Below are positions 35,340 through 46,370 of a DNA stretch of 64,000 nucleotides, piece by piece. Under the pieces are notes generated by a model. It ran no database searches and was not told the origin of the DNA. It saw nothing but the letters and a program-made list of their open reading frames with translations. Numbering within the stretch: the first letter of the stretch is position 1; the number at the start of each line of letters is the position of its first letter. Both the position numbers and the translations under genes were made by a program. The DNA is from Dudresnaya verticillata (Eukaryota): contig OZ374562.1 of assembly GCA_977862235.1 (NCBI GenBank), forward strand, positions 1,488,001-1,552,000, given 5' to 3'.

Positions 35340-37845
35340 TCAGTATCGTGCTCCCGCTTGGATTAAGAGCATTCCTCCGCCTCTGGGTTTAGGGACCGCC
35401 CTCTCCGTTGGATACAACCACTTGTACGAAGCTAACTCATCTTGTAAGACTAGAATGCTCTTCACGCCAAGACGTCCCGCTCCTTGGTATAGACAATCGA
35501 AATGTAGGATTTCATTTGGTTGGGTGCCGTGCAAGGTAAACGAAAGTGGTCATGTAATGTTCAAAACACTCTTCGATACGGGGCAGTGTATGCACTTGCC
35601 TACGAATTCCCTGTAATCTTCATAAATACCTTGTCAAATAAAGTTTTCAAGGGGCACACGCAGAGTTGAGCCTGTGCCGCTGTATCCGGTAGTGTCATAA
35701 TGCGCCAGCACTAGCAACTTCAGTTGTAGGTTAGGGTCTTCTGGTATCCATATTTTCCATATCGATTAATCAGCTGTCCATCACCCGTGGGTGTAACCCT
35801 GGACGCCTTGTCAACAAATGCTTGTCTTGACTGGATTTAATAGCTTCATCCGATGGCCATGAAAACTTCTCTTGCAGTGGAGAGTCAACCGCTTCTCGCC
35901 CCATCAACACATGAGGAATCCTCGTCATACTCTTCGGCTTGCCCCTATATTCATGGTACCATCTAGTCATAATATCCGGAAAACCATACTTCTCTCTAGC
36001 TATTTGTTCTACTGTATATGATAATCGGGGCCATTACTGCACCTTACTAAATACATGTATACCTAATGCGGGTTCCAGAGCAGTAGGATTACATATAGAG
36101 GGCAAATAGTGATGGTCCGTAAAACCATGAGAGTTGGTCTCTGTCATTATTTAACAATCCATCTTCTTGAATACTTGGTATATGAAGAATACTTCGTTTC
36201 CCAACGTTGTCCAGGCATGTTCAGTACCACATATTTTCGAGCTCAAAAAGGCAAATAGTTCATGTCACTGTTCGACAGGGTCCTTCTGCAGCTCTGCGTT
36301 TGGGCATTGTGAGACAACACCAGCCCATAATAAATCAGAAGCGTCAGAAAATACGCAAATTTATAAATCACTGTTCCTGTGATCCAACCTTGTAGATTCC
36401 CTTATTTGCCTTCAAGGTCATGTAATTGCAGATTCATGCTCAGTGCCGAAGCCAACTCAGGGAGGGAAATGTTTTGATGGCTCGCTTCTTCCTTGCGTCA
36501 GACTTAGGATAAGCCATTTCAAGAACGTCACGTATAACTTAAACGCGCTCCATAAACCGAGCAATATCTGGTGACATCCATTGTAGAAAGTAAACATATT
36601 CACATAGTTTGCCAACAGTCTTTGGGATGGAGACCTTCACTACATCATTAAGTCTTGACGGGTCGAACTGCACGCCAACATGATCGATAATACGCCCTCA
36701 CCAATGTACCTGGCGTGTTCCATCTGAGTGCAAATAGTTTCAAGTTGTACTCCGCACAATACGGGATATTAACTCCAGTTTACAGATAAGTTCAGTCTCA
36801 TTTTTACCATGCACAATCATGTCGTCCAGCCATGTTTTAAAGGGATCAAAATCGTAAGCATACCTGAGCTTTGGGAAGCATGGCTCAACCCTTGAGGAGA
36901 AATCGGAACACCCATTCGTAACACCTTGGTCAGTCCTTGTAGGTTGCAAAATTCCCTTTGGGTACTAAAACTATGGAAATGTTGTGACTCAGGGTGCAAA
37001 GGCACCTGCCAGTATCCCTCACATGGATATAACTCTGTAAAAGCTCGACTTTCTACCAAATTGAGATGCTCTGACGCCACGTGTAGAGAAGGCCAGTATT
37101 TTTGAACAGTAGAAGCATGCACTGGTCGATAGTCAATCGTGAGTCGATACTTGGACGTGCTGCTATTTTGGAATAGCAGCGGTGCGGCTTGCGTCCCAAC
37201 TTGCGTTCGGATTAGGCTTGACGATACCAAATTGTACCAGCTTGGAGATAAATGTTTCCAACCCGCTGGTTTCCAGCCCCAAGGCTGCAATAGTGGACGG
37301 CCGAGTAGGGGACCCTCTATGTGTTGGTCAGTATTGTGCCAAGACGCGTTAGGGATAGTTATTGATTTAGCGCGGGGAATATTCAGCTCCATAGTTAAGG
37401 TCACAAACGCATGGCAGGTAACATAGACTTCCCCACTATTACCAGACTCCGCAGTCCCGAGCCCAAACGTATGAGCATTGCGAAAACTATTTAAAGTCAT
37501 CGACGCGCCAGCAGCCGTGAGAGATGTGAGGAGATTGGCACTCATTAGGTTTGTATCTGAACCTCCACCAGGGCATAGCACAGAATAAATAGTCCCAGGA
37601 AACACAGCTTGCATCTTCGTAGAGCTAGTCTCTATACACTTCTTCTTCGGCAAAGACGATTCCACCCTGCTGCCTTTTTGTTATTCTTGTATTCTTCAAT
37701 AAGTTTATCCCCTTCTTCTGTGCTGGTTATATCACAGTTGACATCAAATTTCTTATGTCTTTTGCGTCATGCGGGCCATCAACACATAGTGGCGGTTGCA
37801 TCCTATTAGAATCCAAAACCTGTGAGGGCCCTGGATATTTCTTAC
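35340..37845 (-). pseudogene. Gypsy remnant of a second lineage (WLDD-type RT): gag end, PR, RT, RH, INT start
   Basis: GGGSDTNL, YRLTIDYRPV, GYWQVPLHPESQHFHSF, TWLDD, HGTQPNEILHFD; homologous to 54562-59464. Confidence 0.88.
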
Positions 37846-38515
37846 TGTGGAAGAATGAGCCGCAGCAGAACACCAGCACACTGTAAGACACGCATGCGTA
37901 CCGAGTTGGAAGACACGCGTGTGTATCAAGCTGTAAGGCGTGCACAAGTTCCATGTGCCTTAAGGCCAACGGGCTATGCCCGTGTCACTGCTGGCATCAT
38001 TTTTCATGGAAATTCTCCATTGGGCGATTTTCCACGAACACTCACGTGGCCCGGAAACGTATACGTGCGCGGTAGTGCGATACTACCACTGATTTGTAAC
38101 TATAACTGGCAAAAGTAATTATTGTGTTAATAGTTGCAGCTGGAATAGCTTAGATTAGAGAATAAGAGGTAAGAGCATTTCCGACTCTGCTATATTTAAT
38201 GGACCCCCTGAGTAGCGGGGGCCATGGGAATAGAACACACGATGGGTTTGGGTCCTTTTCCCATTTTCTGGAATTCCCGGACTCTCCGTGCCTCCTCCGT
38301 TTCGGACGCTTTACGAGCTTTGCTCCCGCACGACGGTCGCTCTGCGCGGACAGGGTGGCACTGCCCGTTACTTTCCCCTCTATACAGGCCTCTTCGCCTT
38401 CCCTCTGCAAGTCCCTACCAACTTCCCCTATTGACTACCAGACCTAGTATTGTCCTTAAGACAGGTGTCACGGGTGTTTTAGCCGTTTTACCGGACCCAA
38501 GGTCCTTCTACTACA
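37846..38515 (+). repeat. 5' LTR of an old plus-strand Gypsy element (E5), followed by a PBS at 38517
   Basis: TGTGGAAGAA...TTCTACTACA imperfect termini, pyrimidine-rich interior, then TGGTCTCCC as in E1/E2; interrupts the gag of the minus-strand remnant. Confidence 0.7.
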
Positions 38516-39000
38516 GTGGTCTCCCACGTAGAATCGTTTTCAGGGTCGGTCCCTTTAGTACATTGCCTCCAAGAAGCCGTTCTGAGAGTTTCCACGGGAC
38601 GAGAATTCCCCGTGCAAGATTTCATGGTACAACTGTCTGAGGGTGAAACCTTTGGAGTTCGGGTGAAGACTGTTTCTCAGCTTCATATCAAGCTTCGGAA
38701 TGGCCTCAAATCCAGAGCAAGCACCCCACGGCTGCGGCGGTTTTTAGACATATCCAAGGAAGAATATCCTGCCTGGTGGAAGAGCAGCGCGTTGTTAAGG
38801 AACGCTTTCTACAGGTTATTGTGAGACTTTTCAACAAAAAAACGTCTTGATACGGGCCAACCGGGCGCGCACGGTGGAAGCACCACGTGTACCAAATCGC
38901 CCGTAACGCCGAGAACAACAGTTCTGAGAGGATCGCCATCCTGGGAGAGTTCCTCCGGTAAGTGCAGCCACAAGACCGAATCCTACGTTTGAGGCTACCG

Positions 39001-39095
39001 ATATCGACCTCGCTTACAAGTACAAGATGTCCACATATCGACCTCGCTTACAAGATGTCGACATATCTACCTCGCTTACAAGATGTAGACATCTA
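39001..39095. repeat. Three tandem copies of a ~28-bp unit
   Basis: ATATCGACCTCGCTTACAAGATGTCGAC-like unit repeated three times in the E5 5' leader. Confidence 0.85.
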
Positions 39096-40343
39096 ACGGT
39101 GAATCCACCAGGCGAGGCTTAACGAGTCGAGACGGCCGCCATGCCAGCAGCTTATCCTCCGTAAGGACCGAGGGAGCAAGACCTCGCGCTGTATTATCTG
39201 CCCTGGCTCTAGGTCCTATAGCAGGAGAAGTAGAACGCCAGACTCAAATGACGGGCGTACCTGGAGATGCTGAATCATATATTCGAGGAAAGGGACGGAT
39301 CCCTGAAGGAGAAGAGACGGTCCGTGCTGCAGCCGCAAGCACCACTGACATCGGTTCGAATCGGTTCGAATGAAGGTCCGGACCCTAGCTTGTTGTCGCC
39401 CCCGATCAGTCGTGTTAGCCAGCATGCGACAGTCGGACAGGCCTTAGAAGATGAAACAACGTCATCAATGCGCCTGATATCGGAGTCCCGATGAGAACGA
39501 AAGCAAATTCAACCGACCAACGGTGCTTCACGGAGCGCGAAATTGGACAGATGGTTGAACCCGGTATCGAGAATGCACCCCGAACGACGTTCTTGATGCT
39601 GCTTGAAAGTCAAGCTGATGAGACCCTCACAAGGGTAAAGCGTTATTTTGACGACGCCAACGCACCCCGAGACGGCCGACTAATGCCTAAGTGCCCAGAA
39701 GAGCTCGGTTCTCGGTGATGACCGCACCTCTTAAGGCGTTTAGAAGAAGAAAGGGTCGAGACCCTACAAGTCAAAGTGGATTCATTGGGGCTAATTGCAG
39801 TCGGTCCACCATTAATTGCATGAAGTCATGAAGGCTTCTAACATTTCCAGAACCGAGGCCGCAATGGATATTTCAGACGTTCAATTAAGTGTATACAACA
39901 AGACAGAGCCGCCGAGCTCCTACGGAAGGAACTCGGCGATGAAAAGCGTCGTGTCGCTTTTCTGCAGGCGCAGATGCGGCGACTGAATTGAGAAAGATCG
40001 TTTGCCTCTGAAGTTATGAGACGAAACTCCACGGTACCTCATGGCTCACGCGACAGGCGTAGGAGGTTACCCCGTATTGGATCGGGCAGTGCGTCATAAG
40101 GAAAAGGAGATGAGGCACGTTGCCTGAGCCCACGCGATTGCAGATGCGGCAGACCAAAGGGGTCTTCGGCGCAACGCGGCCCAGTAGATTCTAGTCTTGA
40201 AGGCGGAAGGGCGCGAAGAGCGAGTAGGACGCTGCTGGGGAAGACAATCAAGACGGCCCGCACCCACAAACCAGGTCCTGCCCTCCTCATTCGTTAGACA
40301 AAAGACACCTCTGCATCGCATTCGGAAATATCAAAGAGTAGTG

Positions 40344-40640
40344 ATGTTGTACTTTTATTGAATCTTTAAAGTGCGTGGTTGCGCGGGCGACTAGGGCTTA
40401 TTTGTGGGCACACGCCCTACCAACCAGATATGTACTGTATGGTACACTAGACAGGCTTACACCCGTAATCTGGAGGCAGTCCAGCCGGCTCCATGAGAAG
40501 AATTGGCAAACAACTCCGGTGGGGAAAATCCTTGAGAAAAATTTAGAAACATGGGACCTGGCGGGAATCGAACTCGGCTTCCCGGAATCGACGGCGCAGC
40601 GGTGAACCATTGCACCACCCGTCCGCCTCCGCGGGCGGGA
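40344..40640 (-). mobile_element. tRNA-derived SINE-like insertion (~297 bp)
   Basis: Minus strand tRNA-like head GGAC..TGGTGCAATGG (A box)..GTTCGATTC (B box)..GTCC at ~40624-40553; AATAAAA near the 3' end; AGTAGTG duplicated at 40337-40343 and 40641-40647. Confidence 0.75.
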
Positions 40641-42427
40641 AGTAGTGGTTCTGATGCGTAAAGTGTTGTAACAGTACACAAGCTTCTGTGTACCCACCTG
40701 TTACGGTGGTCGTGGAGGCTCTGAGCGACGGCCCCAGAGAGCCATCACACGCCTGGCTAGGCGACGAGCCATGTTGAGAACACCAAGAAAGCTCCAACGG
40801 CAGGTTTAAGGTATGTTCGTCTATAATGTTCTACCCGGGACCAAAGGTGTTCCCCTCGCGACACTGCACTAAGTATTGTAGTGTACCGGAAACTAACCCA
40901 CACCCTTTCCCCTGCGCTTGTGCATACGCAAGCAAGCGCAGTGCTCGCGACCCTTCAGTGTGTCAGTGCACATGGACGAATACAGTACCACGTCCACACT
41001 GTGTCCTGTACTGCAGTCTTTTGGTGTGAGCATGGCATGCACCTTCTGAAAACAGCTGAACCCACAGAAAGCTAAGATGTAGCCGTGGCTGCGATTGATA
41101 ATGAAGAGCCATCATCGACAGCGACCCAATCAGACTCATGTTCTACAGGTCAATATTCCTATGCCCAACCATATTGCGGTGAGGTGGATGCGGTGATGCA
41201 GAAATAGAATCATAGGCTCCCCGATGGGCGCAGCCGACAAGGACGCAGCGCCCTGGATGGGTGACGGTCGAAGAACAACCCAGTGATATCTGCGTCGAAT
41301 GCTATGGCATTGGCTACAAAATGTCCAACTGTCCCCATTTAGCTCCTACAGATGAGCAGTCTTTTGGGACTTTGAAGAAGACATTTTCATCAACTATCGA
41401 ACAAGCAAAAGGTTCGGTTGATAACCGTTGGCCGACTGCCGTATTTCTGAAACCAGCGAGGACGGGCCGGACCGCCAGTTGAGCACGCCATGGCCCACCG
41501 TTAAAATTTGGGAACAAGTCCTGGCGGGAATCTACAGGTTCAATTCCAACCTTAACTGAAGCACCCCATTGACGCACCAAGGAAAACGGCGATGTCTCCA
41601 ATGCAAGGGGCAGCTCCCTTCCCACCACCTCCCCGCAATCAAGGCAAAAAACTAGCCGGGATGGAACCGGCTTCGGTACAACATATAGCCTAGGTGGCAC
41701 CGAAACCCCCCGATCGATTCTATGAGTCCAGCTCCTCGAGCTATGGCACCGACAGCCTGTTCTCAACGGATCGACTGGTTGTAAGTGATGCAGTCACTTC
41801 TATTCTATACATATTCCTAAGAAGATCTTAGCACGTTCCATGGGCTTACCCCCTGGGCGGGAGTATCACGAGTATTGTAAGAATCCCGTTTTCTCCTTAC
41901 GCGCTACAATTATAAAGTAGCTGCGTCCTTCGGGACTTCTATTGCCGACCTTACTCGTTTTATTTATGTATTGAATACAGGGGCAGGCCATAATCTAATC
42001 CGCGCATACGTTCTCTCACCGGAAGGCAAGAAACGGGTTTGTAAATCACGGTCGATCGTTACCTTCACCTCAGCGTCAAGTTACTGACCAATTCAATCAG
42101 GTTTTATTTAAAATACGTTGGGAACCATCTTCCTGGTCGTTAGGATCGGTTCCTACGCGATTCGGAAACGTTTTGTTGTCATAAGGGTATTTGCAGTGGA
42201 TGCCGTCATGGGTTGCACGTTTATCGATACCCAAGTCGAAGGGTTGTGCGTCCCACAGGAAAATGGTTCTACGATACGAGTCAATCCACACCATTCTAAG
42301 ATACCGATGCGGTATACCCTGTGAGGGCTATTCAGAAGAACCAATTGAGTCGCACAAACTACTATTTCGGCAACGGCAACTCTCTGTTGGGGAACTGGAC
42401 GAGAACCGCTACAGATGACGGAGAAAT

Positions 42428-42772
42428 TTGAAAGAGGCTGCAGGTGCATCAATCGACGACTTATACGGTGAGATCAGAAATGTTGCGAGCGCTCTGAGTG
42501 AAGTAGCCAACAAAGAAGCTATGAGCATGCGCGTTTCTGTGATTTCCACGGAAATACAGGAAGAGGAAGACCTGGAAACGTTGCTGGATATGTTGGTGAA
42601 AGCGGAGGATAGCCTTGAGAGGATGAAGGAGAAACCCGCATCTGCATCCCAGAGCCAACTAGTGGAGCTTGCAGACGATCGCTACCAGAGATTCCTGCCA
42701 CAGTACATCAAACGCTCTACCGCCCTCATCGTGACAGATATATCTGCTGTCGCAACGGCGCGACAGAACTAA
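42428..42772 (+). CDS. 3' fragment of a helical/coiled-coil protein, possibly the second ORF of a Harbinger element
   Basis: 114-aa acidic, helical-looking frame starting abruptly after the E5 protease; convergent with the Harbinger transposase; no diagnostic motif. Confidence 0.35.
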   Translation: MKEAAGASIDDLYGEIRNVASALSEVANKEAMSMRVSVISTEIQEEEDLETLLDMLVKAEDSLERMKEKPASASQSQLVELADDRYQRFLPQYIKRSTALIVTDISAVATARQN

Positions 42773-43190
42773 GCACTGCTGTGTCTACTCTGACTTCATA
42801 GTTTTTGGATTCCTATCTGTCTGTTTTGAATCATTGCGAGCCGTGCGCTTCACTGTGATGAGAGACGAGCCCAACCGGCGAGAAAAGGGCATCCCAGCTC
42901 CAGGAACAACAAGGCCTGATGCAGCCCCTAATCCGCGTCTGGGACTTCTCATCGACTTGCCCGTCAATTCTCACATCCCTGATCCTCCCCCCGTCTTCCG
43001 GAAGACCCAGATCCTAGCACATCTAAACGCCCAGTCGCAATTTTGTCCCGCCCGTTCCCACGCGTCCTCCGCTTGGCACTGGAGGCCTTCTGGCTACTGT
43101 AAACCTCGGTATTCCTGGCACAACAATCCCATGGAGCACCCTGTGATATCTCTGCTTCTATGCCCGTCTTCTGGCCGCGCTGCTCAGCTA

Positions 43191-44087
43191 ATGGCACGCT
43201 CGCCGCTTCGGTGCGCCACTACGCCGCGCCTATCGTGCGTGGTTGAGGCATCCTCTGCGCCCTGGCGTGCGTTCCGTGTGATATGCGCGAACGTGCAGAT
43301 GAACGAAGTTATCTCTGTCGGATGCTCCGCGCAGTGCTTACACACAATCAAGATCCACGAGAGTGATCGACAGGCGGTTGCTACGCGGGACAGAGGTTTG
43401 GTGTTGAAGACGACGTCCAAAGGGGTGCAAGCCATGCCGCATGGTACGCGTCTGGAGGATATTTGCGTGGCAACGTTCAATGCAGTGGAACGTGTCGATC
43501 CGCAGCTTCTGAACGGGCAGGCTGGGGGTGGCGGACCGTTTTTGTGCAAGGTGTTCGGAGGTCCGGATGGGAAGGGCTCAGAAGTGGGTTTTATGGCCAT
43601 GCGGGGAATGGTTGAGATGCGTTAGATGGTGCCCGGGAAGGACTTGAGGTGCGCCGTGCTCGGCGTAACAAAGGCGTCCGCGCAGCACTAGGTGAAGGGC
43701 TCTTATTTGAGAGTATCCAGAAGGTGCCGGGATCGGCATGAATTTCCTGTCGGAGAATCCAATTGCCTTAAGGCGAAGAGGGGAGGTTACGCGTTTTATC
43801 CCCTCAAGATTACTGGGTAGGTAATTTGGTTCGGGATTAATGAGGATGTGGCGCACTCGGTTTTGCTCTATACGAAGTTTGTCCTGCCGGCGAAGCTGTT
43901 TGGGAATGAGGAGCACGTGATGGAACGGATCGAGCTTGGCGCGAATGAGCTTCTTCAGGCACGCCACGAGACACTGAAGGTGTTGTGGCAGAACGGCTCT
44001 GGAGAAGTGGAGATGAAACACTTGGCATTTGTGACGACCGTGCTGCGACAGGACATGCTATCGGTGCGATTGGAGCTAACTCGGTAG
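43191..44087 (+). pseudogene. Decayed gene of unknown family (non-TE-like)
   Basis: Protein-like frames 43191-43625 and 43848-44087 separated by stops/frameshifts; no TE motif recognised. Confidence 0.4.
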
Positions 44088-44442
44088 GTAGCGAGTGAGA
44101 ATGGATCCCGAGACGACTGTTGCAAGATATTTCGGGGGTTCCAATATGGCGGCGGCGGTTTTTCGCGCGCATGCATGGGAAGTTTGCAATCCATCGCGTT
44201 AATTACCCCTGGTTGACAATTAAACCGCCGCTGCCAATCAGGGCCCACGGCCTGCGCCACGTTTCTACGGCGCCACACGCCCCAATCGCCACTTGAGCCA
44301 CCTCGCTGCCTTTTGAGCCCCACTCCCACGTGCCTTCCACGCGCATCTCCCATATGCAGATAGAGACCCGCGGCACCGACATTAGTGCTGCAAAGTTACG
44401 CACCGCCTTCGACAGCACCTCCCCGTCCCTTGCCGCCCCCCC

Positions 44443-44715
44443 TTGCTCACAAAGGCCCTGAATTGCGGAAAGCTCACCCCGATCCAGGCACCTCCGTCTT
44501 CAATTCCGGTGCTGTGCCGCCCTTTCGTCTCCTGGTCGCTGTTCCACGCCATCGGCATTGCTACCACCACTGCTTGCGTCCTGGCTGCATCCATCCTGCG
44601 CCGTTGCATCGACCGCTTCTTCCTCGCCCTGCTGCTGGCGCACCATGCTCGCCGCTTGGTTGAATGCCTCTTTCTGCATCGCCGCTCTCCAAACGCCGCC
44701 GCCTCCCCGTTGTAG
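44443..44715 (+). pseudogene. N-terminal fragment resembling polyprenol reductase / steroid 5-alpha-reductase family
   Basis: LNCGK...WSLFHAIG...LLLAHHARRLVECLFLHRRSPNA resembles the family pattern YGK...FxHFY...RRLxEC/T; locally GC-rich; CCAAT motifs upstream at ~44233 and ~44282. Confidence 0.6.
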
Positions 44716-45499
44716 CTTGCGTGCGGCGTTGCTTTTTATTTCCCTGTGCCTCTCACCATCGTGCTAGATCCTGCATTGCATCGGGATGACCCGTCCAATC
44801 CTTCGAATGGTTCTGCCTTTCGAGTATCCGTATGTTGAACGATACAGGTGAGCATTCGTTTGCATTCTGTAACATTCTCTTCTGGATTCGCATGCTCAAT
44901 ACTAACCTGGTTCTGTAAACAATATATCGGCCTGACAAGAAAGTGTCTTGACACACCCGCTGACTTCTCGTTTTCTAGTGGCAAGTCATTTAATCAAGAC
45001 GGAAGTAAAAAGCCCTACTGATCGAAAAACGTCGATGCGGCATGGGGTTGGTGTTAGTTCTATTGTTGATTGCGAACGACACCGTGGTTCTAACCAGCAT
45101 GGGAACTTTCCTCGTTGTAGCGGCATTAACGAAATGGAATGATGGTGCCATCTGAATGCCCAGTACAGATATCCAAGAAAGAATTGCGCGCGGGGAGCTG
45201 AGCAGCTGTTGGGCACTTCTCGAAAGAGGAAATCGAGCGTAGAGTTCTGTCGAAGAGTAAGTTTACACAGAAGGCGAATACGCTTTATAAATCCCACCTC
45301 TACCCGGTATAAGAAAGCAAGTACCACAACATATTCCACACGACTGCTCTAGATTATTGACTACATAGATACAGCCGCTTCGCGATTAAAAAGGGCACTA
45401 GCGTAATAGAGAAACAATGGAACACAGTACAAAACAAGAATGAGTTTCTCTCCTCAATAGAGGACGATTGCCAACGTAAGTACCAGAATGGCGCCCTAT

Positions 45500-46370
45500 T
45501 CACCATGTTTGGAACTTAAGATGACACGACATCGGGTCGAGCCGGCCCCATCTCTCTCACGATTTCCACCATTCGATCCCTCATCTTGGAAAGAGTCGTA
45601 CTTCTTCTGACCTTTTCCTTCGGCGAGTCTGAGCCCTTTGTTCGATTTTCAAGAATATTTCTGACTTCCGTCCTCCTTCGCCTTCATATATCAGCCCTCG
45701 GACAGCGAAATAACCCGAACTGCTTCATAATAGGTAGTGGAGCGAGAGTAAGTCATAGTCTGAGTCATTTATTATTCAATAACGAAGTTGTGCAACTTTA
45801 TTGCTACAGTAGACAAATGACTCTATAATCGAAATCAGCTGTAAATTCGAGCTTTTGTACGAGCCCTGATTTTGCACCGAGCATCCCAAAAGCTTGGTCA
45901 ACGTGCATTCGTAAAGATGAGAGCCAGATATTGAACTCATCCTGCCAAAAAGTAGCCACTGCAGAGGAAGAAGGTCTTATGAACCATTCCGTACAAATGC
46001 AAGCTTCATCATCAGCAATCCAAAAAAAGAACTGCGACAGCCCAGACGACGAAACGTATCTAAGTTTTGATACAGCATGGGCTAGGAAGTCGTGGGTGCT
46101 TCCAGTGCATGTCCCAAAAACACAAGAAACGATAGGTAGCATCAACAGTAACCTGAGTAGGAACCACATAGTAAGCTTTTCTGAACCAGTACGCCGCAGG
46201 GCTGAGATCGTTTTCTGGTTTTCTAAGCTTGACTGGAATTCCATCGAGAGCGCCAACGCATCCTGTAGGAGGACTAGCCGGCTTCGTGACATAGTAAAAG
46301 CCTCCGATGCTTCGACTAGAGAATCGGAATCTGACGGAATCCGGGTCATTGCAGCCTTTGGTTGAGAACA
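45500..46370 (-). pseudogene. PIF/Harbinger DDE transposase remnant (DDE_Tnp_4-like)
   Basis: GCVGALDGIPVKLRKP, RKAYYVVPTQVTVDATYRF, GSTHD, WIADDEA, FN..LSSLRMHVDQAFGML, KLHNF across frameshifts. Confidence 0.88.

Noticed and set aside
39001..39095. CRISPR-like repeat
   Set aside because: Units are directly adjacent with no unique spacers, there are no cas genes, and the context is eukaryotic TE DNA
40553..40624. Functional tRNA gene
   Set aside because: Anticodon arm and acceptor stem are imperfect; it is embedded in a TSD-flanked insertion, so a SINE head fits better
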